Shown here in pieces: positions 1 through 11,200 of a stretch of 64,000 bases of DNA (position 1 is its first letter; every line of letters begins with the position of its first letter). This DNA comes from Selaginella moellendorffii (Eukaryota > Plantae > Lycopodiophyta): positions 904,613-968,612 of the forward strand of contig NW_003314303.1 of the NCBI RefSeq assembly GCF_000143415.4, in the 5' to 3' direction. The notes beneath the pieces are model-generated. The model saw only the letters and a program-made list of their open reading frames with translations. It searched no databases and had not been told where the DNA came from. The translations under genes were made by a program, and so were the position numbers.

Positions 1-494
1 GATGGAGTCTGAGATGGACCCGAGATGGACCCGAGATGGAGTCCGAGATGGAGTCCGAGATGGAGTCCGAGATGGAGTCCGAGATGGAGTCCGAGATGGA
101 GTCCGAGATGGAGTCCGAGATGGACCCGAGATAGACCCGAGATAGACCCGAAATGGAGTCCGAGATGGAGTCCGAGATGGACCCGAAATGGAGTCCGAGA
201 TGGAGTCCGAGATGGACCCGAGATGGAGTCCGAGATGGAGTCCGAGATGGACCCGAGATGGACCCGAGATGGAGTCCGAGATGGAGTCCGAGATGGACCC
301 GAGATAGACCCGAGATAGACCCGAAATGGAGTCCGAGATGGACCCGAAATGGAGTCCGAGATGGAGTCCGAGATGGACCCGAGATGGAGTCCGAGATGGA
401 GTCCGAGATGGACCCGAGATGGACCCGAGATGGAGTCCGAGATGGAGTCCGAGATGGAGTCCGAGATGGAGTCCGAAGTCGAGACCGAGACCGG

Positions 495-532
<38 letters not shown>

Positions 533-636
533 TCGGGACCGAGACCGAGACCGAGGCCGAGGCCGAGACTGAGCCCGAGCCCGAGTCCGAGTCTGAATCC
601 GAGTCCGAGTCCGAGTCCGAGTCCGAGTCCGGAGCC
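1..636 (+). repeat. LTR-borne minisatellite: (GAGATGGAGTCC/GAGATGGACCC)n grading into (CCGAGA)n then (CCGAGT)n; also at ~5971-6610, 12570-13045, 15755-16115 (minus), 61392-61935
   Basis: Units read directly from the sequence; present in every LTR copy that includes the 5' half. Confidence 0.95.
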
Positions 637-1492
637 TGAGAGGGTGAAAGCCCAAAGCGTTCGTCTCCCAGACCCTGGGGGGTTTGGTGAGCTCCAAAAG
701 TATAGTAGGGGGGAGGACTGCAGTGGAGCCAGTTTGGCCAGGAAAGGCCAGTTTGGCCCAGGAAGGCCAGACCCAGTGTTGGGTGATGAACTGACCACTG
801 GGAAGTCCAAGACTAGAGTGAATACGGACCGACAAGCGGGGTAGCTTGGTGAAGTGTTCAAGAGCCGGCTCTAGTTCCCCCGGGAGATCGACTGGCCGAT
901 GCTCCCAGTCCAAGTGTGGGTGGCACTACCTACTTGGATACCAGGTGTGGCTCAACGGAACCTCGCTCTAAGCCCATGGCTAGAGCACCCAAGGGCAGAA
1001 GGTGGGGAGAGTACCCAGGTGGCTCGCGTAAGGCCACGGTGTTCCGAAATGTTGTCCCAAAGGCCCAGACTGTGGAAAGGAAGAGGAGTAGTCCTCTGGG
1101 GTAATGACCAAGGACACAGTCGTGTGGTGAGGAAGTTCCAGAGGACCGTGGGACTTAGTGGTCGGGCCTGTGGGCCTCGATCCAGTGGCAGTGTTGGCAA
1201 ACACGGCCAGGGGCAGAAAGGGACTTAGGGGGGACTGACAGAGGGACATTGGGGAAGGCTGTTCCCCGTGTCGGTGGGCATCCTAAGGATGCTAAGGAGT
1301 GGATTTGAGATGACCACTCATGGATGGTTGGCCCAGTCTTGGAGAGCCAAGACTGTGATGCAAGTGGTGTTGGACCACCAATGTGACCAAGGTAAATGGG
1401 CATGGCCTTAGCGTAACAGGCCGGTACGTCGGTGATACCTTAGGGTGTCGATCATGGGATCGGACACGTGGAGCACTTGGACCAAGTGTTTA

Positions 1493-1592
1493 NNNNNNNN
1501 NNNNNNNNNNNNNNNNNNNNNNNNNNNNNNNNNNNNNNNNNNNNNNNNNNNNNNNNNNNNNNNNNNNNNNNNNNNNNNNNNNNNNNNNNNNN
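1493..1592. other. Assembly gap (100 N)
   Basis: Run of N; corresponds to 63 bp (7468-7530) of the sister LTR. Confidence 0.99.
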
Positions 1593-1677
1593 GGAAGTTG
1601 TCAATGAGACTCCTCCAAGTGGTCAGACGTATGGTTAAGTGACTAAAGTAAAATGGAAAATTTAGTCGCTTACAACT

Positions 1678-1689
1678 TGGTATCGGAGC
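1678..1689 (+). promoter_or_regulatory. Primer-binding site for initiator tRNA-Met (TGGTATCGGAGC, one G:U wobble vs canonical TGGTATCAGAGC)
   Basis: 3 nt downstream of the LTR-terminal CA; identical in element 2. Confidence 0.9.
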
Positions 1690-3760
1690 TGTTCCTTAGT
1701 CCGACTTTTATTGGTGTTCAAGTATATCACCACTAGTGTTGGCATCGGAAGGTCCGAGGAGTGGGCCTATCCTTGAGGAGTAGCAAGTCTGGAAGACATG
1801 GCTCTCCATTACAGTTCATGTGTGAACTTGTAGACGAGGTGGTGGATAGAAAAGGGCCAATAATGGAACGACTTTGGGATCTTGGGAACAGTGCAAGGTT
1901 TTCCTCATTGAGTTGAGGATGTGATCCGGATGAGCATTTGTCTCAGCAAATTGGCTTAGGTTGTTGTGGTAAACAACTAAAGTTGGGATCACGGGAAAGA
2001 TAGAGACTCCAAAACAATAAAGGAGTCACAAGATTATCCTCATATAGTTGAGGTTGGTGCTCATGAATGTGAGACCAAAGGTAATGACCGTGGAAGGTCA
2101 AATACGGAAGGGGACTCAAGTCCTTGAAATGGTAGCCGGGGCTACCTCTAATAAATGCTGGAACAACCCAAGGAGTTGGGGGTGTATTAAGTGGATGAGT
2201 TGGTATTCTCATCACATGGACAAGTAGTCCTAAGGGGCAAAAGTTGCCCCCAGAGAACAAAATCAAGTGTCGGAGTAACACTTGTGAAAATAGTCCTTTT
2301 GAGTAGGACCGGAATGCAAGATGTGTATTCCAGTGAGCTAGTGCCTCACAAGTAGGACCTTACGGGTCGGTGGATTAACCAAGTCCAAAACTGCTAGACG
2401 ACTCAAGTAGAGTCAAAGGATGGTCCTAAAAAGGACTGAATGAAGCATTTGGACTGAGGTGCGTTGTACCCCACAAAGGATGGGGGGGGATCATAGGACC
2501 CAAGGATGAGAATAGAGAGTATCTCATCGATGGCAAAATGTGCCATGCTAAAGTTATAGGAAAGGTGTTCCCAGAAGAAAACAACTTTGACATAAAGTTG
2601 TGTGTGACCTCTATGGTGCCGTGCTAACAGATGGTTGGCATGAGAAAGAGCGGTGTTGGTCTTGGCAAAGACTTAGACACAAATGGAAATGTCATAGAGG
2701 TAGGCTCGTGGAGCCGATGGTGTGGAGACACCAAATGTGCCAAGGTGTGATACCTTGAGGCTATGTTGGTGGGTTCATAAGAACCCCTTGCCAAAGGAAT
2801 CCCAATGGAAATGGGAATGGCATAGCCTAAGCTGCAGAGCATGCAGTTGGAGTGTGGTGACCCAGATAGTGATGGAGGTGTGAAAGCACCAAGCAATGAG
2901 TTGTAGGACTTGACAACTATGAGGCAACTAAGCAAGAGGTGCAAAATAACTGGTTAAATGGGTAGAAGGTAGCTACCCAAGACTTCTAGTATAGGGAAGT
3001 CGGATATACCCTTACGGGGGATAAGTTGCTTATGTTGCGATATAGTAAGTCAATGTCATAAAAGGAAATACTCATTGTCAAGAAAGCCATCATTGGGACA
3101 CCCGAACACTCTAGAACACCAGAAGGTGGTGTTTGATGTCGCGAGGGCAATGGATAAAGCCCAAGGGACTAAGTCCTTAGCGAATGATGGATAGAAGGTG
3201 CTATCCAAATGTCCCAGGGTTGCGGAGACAGGAGAGGACTGTCTACCCGAGTTGGACAAAGCCAAAAATGGAATTTTGGCAAGGCTAGTGATGGGCATGT
3301 AAAGGCCCATAAGCAACAATGTAATCCCAGTGTGTAGGATTATAAGGTGAGCATACCCGGATTGAGGAACCACTCCCTAGGCTATTGGGTAGGTTCATCC
3401 CTAAGAATACTTGCTAAAGCGTGATAGAAAGTGCAAAGCTATCCTCCTGGTCTGGAGGAGAATGACCAAAGGAAAGGTGTGAAGCCAAAAGGCAAGAAGT
3501 AAGGGGATAGAACCGAACCATAGGAATCAAAGGGCATGACTAAGGTTGGTTATGCCAGCTGGGAGTGAAGAATCAAGTGGGGGCTCGAGGGTGTTGCTGC
3601 TAGCAACCGTGATGCCATGGAGAGTCTAAAATATGGAATTGTCCATATTAGACTATGTGGCATTTTGAAGGCTTGCAAAAAGGGAGGCCTTAGCAAGCTA
3701 AGGGACAAAGTTCCTTCAAGGTTCCCAAAGACGATTCTATGTAGCTTAGTACCTAAAAGG

Positions 3761-4560
3761 GCCAAGTGTAAATGGTTCAAGGAAAGCGTGAAATCAGAGT
3801 GGCACAGCAGAAGCGTGGTCTTGAAGCTTGCCATGAGGCAAGGTTATCAAGGTTAGGGAAGTAGTTCCCGAGTGTTCAAAGAGAGGGCTTTGAACGAAAG
3901 TCGATGGTCAAGGACTTTCACGCTTATGCAGGAACCATGTTACAATGGTCAGAGGACTTGCCAAGTGAGATTGGCAAGTCAGGGGAACAAATACCCTAGT
4001 TGAAGGTGATAACTTCAAAAAGGGTGGGCCATGGGGCCGAGCATGGAGGAGTCCATGCATGATCACAGACATGTCAAGTGAGAGGACTTGGCAGTGTGGA
4101 GGAACTAAGTTCCTAAGCTGTGATCTGTAGCGCGCTTTAAAAATAGGTTGGTGCACCGGCGTGGGGAGTCACGCCAGGCATCTAGTGTGATGCCGTTCGT
4201 AGATGCATATACGGAGGTTGGGTTCGAGTCCCGACCCTCTAGTGCTTGGGTTCGAGTCCCAAATCACTAGGGCGTGGTGATGGTTTGGAATATGAGGACA
4301 CTCATATTTCGGTGGTCATGGACTCTCAGTGGGGAGACTGGTTTGGGCACACCGCCAAGCGAGGGATGCCTCGAAGTCGTGATGCACGGTTAGATTGCTT
4401 AGTGTGAAAGCTCAGCATATCTAACTTGAACACTTTGGTGCAAGTGGCACCAAGGTCGTGGTGAGTGAGATGGGGACACCTAATCTCAGTTGCTATGAAC
4501 CCTTGGCCGTAAGGGCTAGCTTGGGTGCACTGCCAAGTGTGGGGGATGCCCCCGGGGTTA
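3761..4560 (+). ncRNA. Putative structured RNA domain inside element 1 (many hairpins, two tRNA T-arm-like stems); homolog at 10314-11115
   Basis: Stems read by eye: 3784-3793/3916-3925, 3827-3842, 3955-3980 (10-bp perfect), 4061-4068/4118-4125, 4158-4175, 4177-4194, 4216-4236, 4246-4262, 4289-4308. 3761-4126 is identical between the two elements. Confidence 0.55.
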
Positions 4561-5726
4561 TAGTCAACAACTTGGAGGTCTAGAAAACCAAGTACCTCTT
4601 GGCAACTCTGTTAAGGTGCCAAAGTGAGATCACTAGGTGATCTTATGGCCAGATAAGGACAAGGTCCTTGGTTGGCTAAGGAATGAAGTTCCTGGTTCAA
4701 AATGTTGAAATTGAACTGTTTAAGGTGGTGTGGCTTGGTCGTGATAACCAAGTGGGAAGAGCACCTAAGGGAAATAAACTATGTCCGTGCGATGGCATAG
4801 TGAGTTCGAGGAAAGTAGTCTCTATAAAAGACCCATGGGAGGGTCACGAAGTTGGGCCGTGGATAGAGCCCATAGCAGAAGATGCTAAAGAGACGTACTA
4901 GGGGTGAACGTCCTCCGGACTTGGCAAAGAAGAGTCTTTGCTATGGAACCAAAACAATACCTCAAGGAGGGAGGTAGAGATTCGATGTTGCTTGGTGCAA
5001 CAATCAACGGATAGGAGCAAAGGACTAGTGGCCAAAGTTTGGGCCATGGAATTTAATGGAAGGGATCCAAATGGCAAAGTTAGCCAAGGAACACTAATGT
5101 GTTCGATGCTAACAGCTTGTGGGAAAGGAAGCGGACTTTCAAGGATGGATTCCTAAGTGCTCCAATTTGGCGAAGTAAAGGCTCCAAGTGAGGGAGCGGT
5201 AAGGTAGCCAAATGATAGGGCCATGGACAGCCCTAGCACAAAGTATGATAAATGGAACTTAGTGCCCAAGGTGGCACGAAATAGAAGAGAGGATGATGGT
5301 GCCCTCAAGTAATGAACTTCCTAGGATAGGGAAGTGGAGTTGCACAATCTGTGCAATGCAAGGTGTTGGAGACACCTAGGAAATTGACTCCCAAAAAGTC
5401 AAAAGAGTAAAAGTTCCAAGGTGCAAACATTCAATAGATGGAAATTGAGACTACTCGAGAAGGAGTAGTGGGATTGACTTAGAGAAGGGTCTCTAAGAGG
5501 TTTAGCAAGAACTAAACCAATAAAAGGGGAGAACCATTACATGTGGTCCAATCAGTCTCTAAGTTGGAGAGACTACGCTCCTTAAAGGATGGACAAGGCA
5601 TGGTGAGCCTTTGATGTCAAACCATAGACAAAGATTGGCTAGGTGCCAATGATGGAAATGGTAACACGTGTGGGTGTTACTTTATGAAAGGGTTTACCGT
5701 TCGATGAGGACATCGAACTTCGTCTA

Positions 5727-5739
5727 TGGGTGGTGGAGT
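5727..5739 (+). promoter_or_regulatory. Polypurine-tract-like primer (TGGGTGGTGGAGT) preceded by an 8-bp hairpin at 5699-5718; same tract at 12328-12340
   Basis: Immediately 5' of the TG that starts the 3' LTR. Confidence 0.75.
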
Positions 5740-7612
5740 TGTGAGACACAAAATCCCTAGGCCCCAAAGTGGAGCCGGAAGGGCGCCACATGGTAGTGGC
5801 CGAAGCGAGAGCCAAACGAGCGTAACACGTTTGGACCAAAAGCTCCGACTTGAAAAGTCAAGAGCGGGAGTGGAACTCCCAACGAAGTGCTCGAGGAACG
5901 AGCACGAAGCGAGCAAAAGGCGAGGCTCCAAAAAGGGACCCAAAAGGACCAACACATGACACGTGGGAGTGTCCGAGATGGAGTCCGAGATGGAGTCCGA
6001 GATGGACCCGAGATGGAGTCCGAGATGGAGTCCGAGATGGAGTCCGAGATGGACCCGAGATAGACCCGAAATGGAGTCCGAGATGGAGTCCGAGATGGAG
6101 TCCGAGATGGACCCGAAATGGAGTCCGAGATGGAGTCCGAGATGGAGTCCGAGATGGACCCGAGATAGACCCGAAATGGAGTCCGAGATGGAGTCCGAGA
6201 TGGATCCCGAGATGGACCCGAAATGGAGTCCGAGATGGACCCGAGATAGACCGAGATAGACCCGAAATGGAGTCCGAGATGGAGTCCGAGATGGACCCGA
6301 GATGGAGTCCGAGATGGAGTCCGAGATGGACCCGAGATAGACCGAGATAGACCCGAAATGGAGTCCGAGATGGATCCCGAGATGGACCCGAAATGGAGTC
6401 CGAGATGGAGTCCGAGATGGAGTCCGAGATGGAGTCCGAAGTCGAGACCGAGACCGGGACCGAGACCGAGACCGAGACCGAGACCGAAACCGAGACCGAG
6501 ATCGGGACCGAGACCGAGACCGAGGCCGAGGCCGAGACTGAGCCCGAGCCCGAGTCCGAGTCCGAATCCGAGTCTGAGTCCGAGTCCGAGTCCGAGTCCG
6601 AGTCCGGAGCCTGAGAGGGTGAAAGCCCAAAGCGTTCGTCTCCCAGACCCTGGGGGGTTTGGTGAGCTCCAAAAGTATAGTAGGGGGGAGGACTGCAGTG
6701 GAGCCAGTTTGGCCAGGAAAGGCTAGTTTGGCCTAGGAAGGCCAGACCCAGTGTTGGGTGATGAACTGACCACTGGGAAGTCCAAGACTAGAGTGAATAC
6801 GGACCGACAAGCGGGGTAGCTTGGTGAAGTGTTCAAGAGCCGGCTCTAGTTCCCCCGGGAGATCGACTGGCCGATGCTCCCAGTCCAAGTGTGGGTGGCA
6901 CTACCTACTTGGATACCAGGTGTGGCTCAACGGAACCTCGCTCTAAGCCCATGGCTAGAGCACCCAAGGGCAGAAGGTGGGGAGAGTACCCAGGTGGCTC
7001 GCGTAAGGCCACGGTGTTCCGAAATGTTGTCCCAAAGGCCCAGACTGTGGAAAGGAAGAGGAGTAGTCCTCTGGGGTAATGACCAAGGACACAGTCGTGT
7101 GGTGAGGAAGTTCCAGAGGACCGTGGGACTTAGTGGTCGGGCCTGTGGGCCTCGATCCAGTGGCAGTGTTGGCAAACACGGCCAGGGGCAGAAAGGGACT
7201 TAGGGGGGACTGACAGAGGGACATTGGGGAAGGCTGTTCCCCGTGTCGGTGGGCATCCTAAGGATGCTAAGGAGTGGATTTGAGATGACCACTCATGGAT
7301 GGTTGGCCCAGTCTTGGAGAGCCAAGACTGTGATGCAAGTGGTGTTGGACCACCAATGTGACCAAGGTAAATGGGCATGGCCTTAGCGTAACAGGCCGGT
7401 ACGTCGGTGATACCTTGGGGTGTCGATCATGGGATCGGACACGTGGAGCACTTGGACCAAGTGTTTAAGGTTGAGTGGCATGGATACCATTCTCGGGGTT
7501 AGCAAGCCCCAAGTCCTGAGTTGGACTTATGGAAGTTGTCAATGAGACTCCTCCAAGTGGTCAGACGTGTGGTTAAGTGACTAAAGTAAAATGGAAAATT
7601 TAGTCGCTTACA
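5740..7612 (+). repeat. 3' LTR of element 1 (1873 bp)
   Basis: TG...CA termini; followed by CTCGC (candidate TSD), which resumes the host LTR. Confidence 0.95.
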
Positions 7613-8229
7613 CTCGCGTAAGGCCACGGTGTTCCAAAATGTTGTCCCAAAGGCCTAGACTGTGGAAAGGAAGAGGAGCAGTCCTCTAGGGTAGTGACCA
7701 AGGACACAGTCGTTTGGTGAGGAAGTCCCAGAGGACCATGGGACTTAGGGGCTGGGCCTGTGGGCCTCGATCCAGTGGCAGTGTTGGCAAACACGGCCAG
7801 GGGCAGAAAGGGACTTGGTAGGAACTGACAAAGGGACTTTGGGGAAGGCAATTCCCCAGGTCTGTGGGCATCCTAAGGATGCTAAAGAGTGGATCTAGGA
7901 TGACCACTCGTGGACAGATGGCCCAGTCTTGGAGAGACGGGATTGTGATGCAAGTGGTATTAGACCACTAGTGCAGCAAAGGTGAATGGGCATGGCCTTA
8001 GTGTAACGGGCCGAGATGTCAGTGGTACCTTTGGGTGTCGGTCTTGGGACCGGACACGAGGAGCACTTGGACCAGGTGCAAGTGTTGAGTGGCATGGATG
8101 CCATTCTTGGGGCTAGCAAGTCCCAAGTCCTGAATTGGACTTAAGGAGGTTGTGAGTGAGACTCCTCCAAGTGGTCAAAGGTGTGGTTAAGTGACTAAAG
8201 TAGAATGGAAAAATTAGTCGCTTACAACT

Positions 8230-8241
8230 TGGTATCGGAGC
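8230..8241 (+). promoter_or_regulatory. PBS (tRNA-iMet) of element 2
   Basis: TGGTATCGGAGC 3 nt after the LTR end at 8226. Confidence 0.9.
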
Positions 8242-11200
8242 TGTTCCTTAATCCGACTTTTATTGGTGCTCAAGTATATCACCATTGATGTTGGCATTAG
8301 AAGGTCCTAGGAGTGGGCCTATCCTTGAGGAGTAGCATGTCGAGAGGACATGGCTCTCCACTCAAGTTCGTGCGTGAACTTGGGCACGATGTGGTGGATA
8401 AAAAAGGGCCAATAATAGAACGACTTTGGGATCTTGGGAACGGTATAAGGTTTCCTCAGAGAGCTGAGGATGTGATCCAGATGAGCGTTTGATGCAGCAA
8501 ACGGGCTAACATAGTTGTGGTAAACAACTATAATTGGGATCACGGGAAAGATGTAGACTCCAAAATAATAAAGGAGTCACAAGATTACCCTCATATAGTT
8601 GAGGCCGGTGTTCATAACTTTGAGACCCGAATTGATGACCATGGGAGGTCAAATATAGGAGAGGACACAAGTCCTCGAAATGGTAGCTGAGGTTACCCTT
8701 GATAAATGCTGGAACAACCCAAGGAGTTAGGGATGTACTTAGAGGATGAGTTGGTATTCTCATCACATGGACAAGTGGTCCTAAGAGGCAAAAGGTTGCC
8801 CCAAGAGAACAAATCAAGTGTCGGAGTAACACTTGCAAAGATGGTCCTTGTGAGTAGGACCTGAATACAAGAAGTTGTATTCCAATGAGCTGGCACCTCA
8901 AAGGTAGGACCTCATGGGTCGTCGGATGACAAAGTCCAAAAAACTGGATGACTCCAATAGAGTCAAGGAATAATCCTAAAGGACTGATAGGAGCATTTGG
9001 ACTAAGGTGTGTTGTACCCCATGAAGGATGGGGGGGGATCATAGGATCCAAGGATGAGAACAAAGGGTATCTCATCGATGGCAAAATGTGTTGTGCTAAA
9101 GTCGTGGGAAAGGTGTTCCCAAAAGGAAAAACAACTTTGACACAAAGTTGTGTGTGACCTCTATGGTGCCGTGCTAACAGATGGTTGGCATAAGAAAGAG
9201 CGGTATTGGTCTTGGCAAAAACTTAGACACAAAGAAAAAGTGTCATAGAGGTAAGTTCGTGGAGCCGATGGTGTGGAGACACCAAATGTGCCAAGGTGTG
9301 ATACCTTGAGGCTATGTTGGTGGGTTCGTGAGAACCCCTTGCCAAAGGAATCCCAATGGAAATGAGAATGACATAGCCTAAGCTGCAGAGCATGCAGTTG
9401 GAGTGTGGTGACCCAGATAATGATGGAGGTGTGGAAGCACCAGCAATGAGTTGTAGGACTTGACAACTATGAGGCAACTAAGCGAGAGGTGCAAAATAAT
9501 TGGTTAAACGGGTAGAAGGTAGCTACCCAAGCCTTCTTAATGGCATAAGGAAGTTGGATATACCCTTACGAGGGATAAGTTGCTTATGTTGCCATATAAT
9601 AAGTCAATGTCATAAAAGGAAATACTCATTGTCAAGGAAGCCATCATTGGGACACCCGAACACTCTAGAACACTAGGAGGTGGTGTTTGATGTTGCGAGG
9701 GCAATAGATAAGGCCCAAGGGACTAAGTCTCTAGCGAATGATGGATAGAAGGTGCTATCCAAATGTCCAAGGTGGCGGAGACAGGAGAAGACTGTCCACT
9801 CGAATTGGACAAAGCCAAAAATGGAATTTTGGCAAGGCTAGTGATGGGCATATAAGGGCCCATAAACAATAACGTAATCCCGGTGTGTGGGATTATAGGG
9901 TGAGCATACCTGGATTGAGGAACCACTCCCTAGGCTATCGGGTAGGTTCATCCCTAAGAATACTTGCTAAGGCGTGATAGAAAAGTGCAAAGCTATCCTC
10001 CTAGTCGGGAGGAGAATGACCAAAGGAAAAGTGTGAAGCCAAAAGTAAGTAGTAAGGGGATAGAACCAAACCATAGGAATCGAAAGACATAACCAAGGGT
10101 AGTTATGCCAGTTGGGAATGGAGAATTAAGTGGGGGCTCGAGGGTGTTGTTGCTAGCAACCGTGATGCCATGGAGAGTCTAAAATATGAAATAGTCCATA
10201 TTAGACTATATGGCAACTAGAAAGCTTGCGAAAAGGGAAGCTTTAGCAAGCTAAGGGACAGAGTTCCTTCAAGGTTCCCAAAGACAATTCTATGTAGCTT
10301 AGTACCTAGAAAGGCCAAGTGTAAATGGTTCAAGGAAAGCGTGAAATCAGAGTGGCACAGCAGAAGCGTGGTCTTGAAGCTTGCCATGAGGCAAGGTTAT
10401 CAAGGTTAGGGAAGTAGTTCCCGAGTGTTCAAAGAGAGGGCTTTGAACGAAAGTCGATGGTCAAGGACTTTCACGCTTATGCAGGAACCATGTTACAATG
10501 GTCAGAGGACTTGCCAAGTGAGATTGGCAAGTCAGGGGAACAAATACCCTAGTTGAAGGTGATAACTTCAAAAAGGGTGGGCCATGGGGCCGAGCATGGA
10601 GGAGTCCATGCATGATCACAGACATGTCAAGTGAGAGGACTTGGCAGTGTGGAGGAACTAAGTTCCTAAGCTGTGATCTATAGCGCGCTTTGAGTATAAG
10701 TTGGTGCACCGGCGTGGGGAGTCACGCCAGGCATCCTGGGTGATGCCGTCCGTAGATGCATATACGGAGGTTGGGTTCGAGTCCCGACCCTTTAGTGCTT
10801 GGGTTTAAGTCCCAAATCACTAGGGCGTGGTGATGGTTTGGAATATGAGGACACTCATATTTCGGTGGTCATGGACTCCTAATGAGGAGACTGCCTTGGG
10901 CACACTGCCAAGTGGGGGATGCCCCGGAGTCATGATGCACGGTTAGATTGCTTAGAGTGAAAGTTTGGCATATCTAACTTGAACACTTTGGTGCAAAGGG
11001 CACCAAGGACGTGGTGAATGAGATGGGGACACCCAAGTCTCAGTTGCTATGGATCCTTGGCCAAAAGGGGCTAGCTTGGGCTCACCGCCAAGTGTGGGGG
11101 ATGCCCCCGGGGTCATAGTCAACAACTTAGAAGGGTCTGGAAGACCTAGTCCCTATTGATAGACCTATTAAGGGGTCAAGATAAAATCACTAAGTGATCT

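Larger units (their letters stand above)
1..1674 (+). repeat. 5' LTR of element 1 (partial)
   Basis: Ends TTAGTCGCTTACA at 1674 and is followed by the PBS; matches the 3' LTR. Confidence 0.92.
1..7612 (+). mobile_element. Non-autonomous LTR retrotransposon (LARD-like), element 1; 5' end lies upstream of the window; inserted into the 5' LTR of element 2
   Basis: LTRs at <1-1674 and 5740-7612 (TGTGAG...GCTTACA), about 4 substitutions in ~940 comparable non-array bp. PBS follows the 5' LTR and a PPT-like tract precedes the 3' LTR. The 4065-bp interior has no long ORF and no gag/pol motif that I could recognise. Confidence 0.9.

Noticed and set aside
1-636. CRISPR-like or telomere-like array
   Set aside because: Contiguous units without unique spacers, eukaryotic context, not TTTAGGG, and located inside LTRs
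4150-4270. Genuine tRNA gene or tRNA-derived SINE
   Set aside because: No convincing acceptor stem, D-loop/A box, anticodon arm, tail or TSD; only T-arms are present
1675-5739. gag-pol coding or a hammerhead ribozyme (retrozyme) in the LARD
   Set aside because: No RT, integrase or CCHC motifs in the ORF track, and no CTGANGA...GAAA core in a suitable fold noticed by eye
5677-6672. Long low-complexity ORFs (SPRW, ESEM, RS/RP, LGLH repeats) in every LTR copy
   Set aside because: By-products of stop-poor tandem repeats; the 11-bp units shift frame differently in each copy and several ORFs start at non-ATG codons
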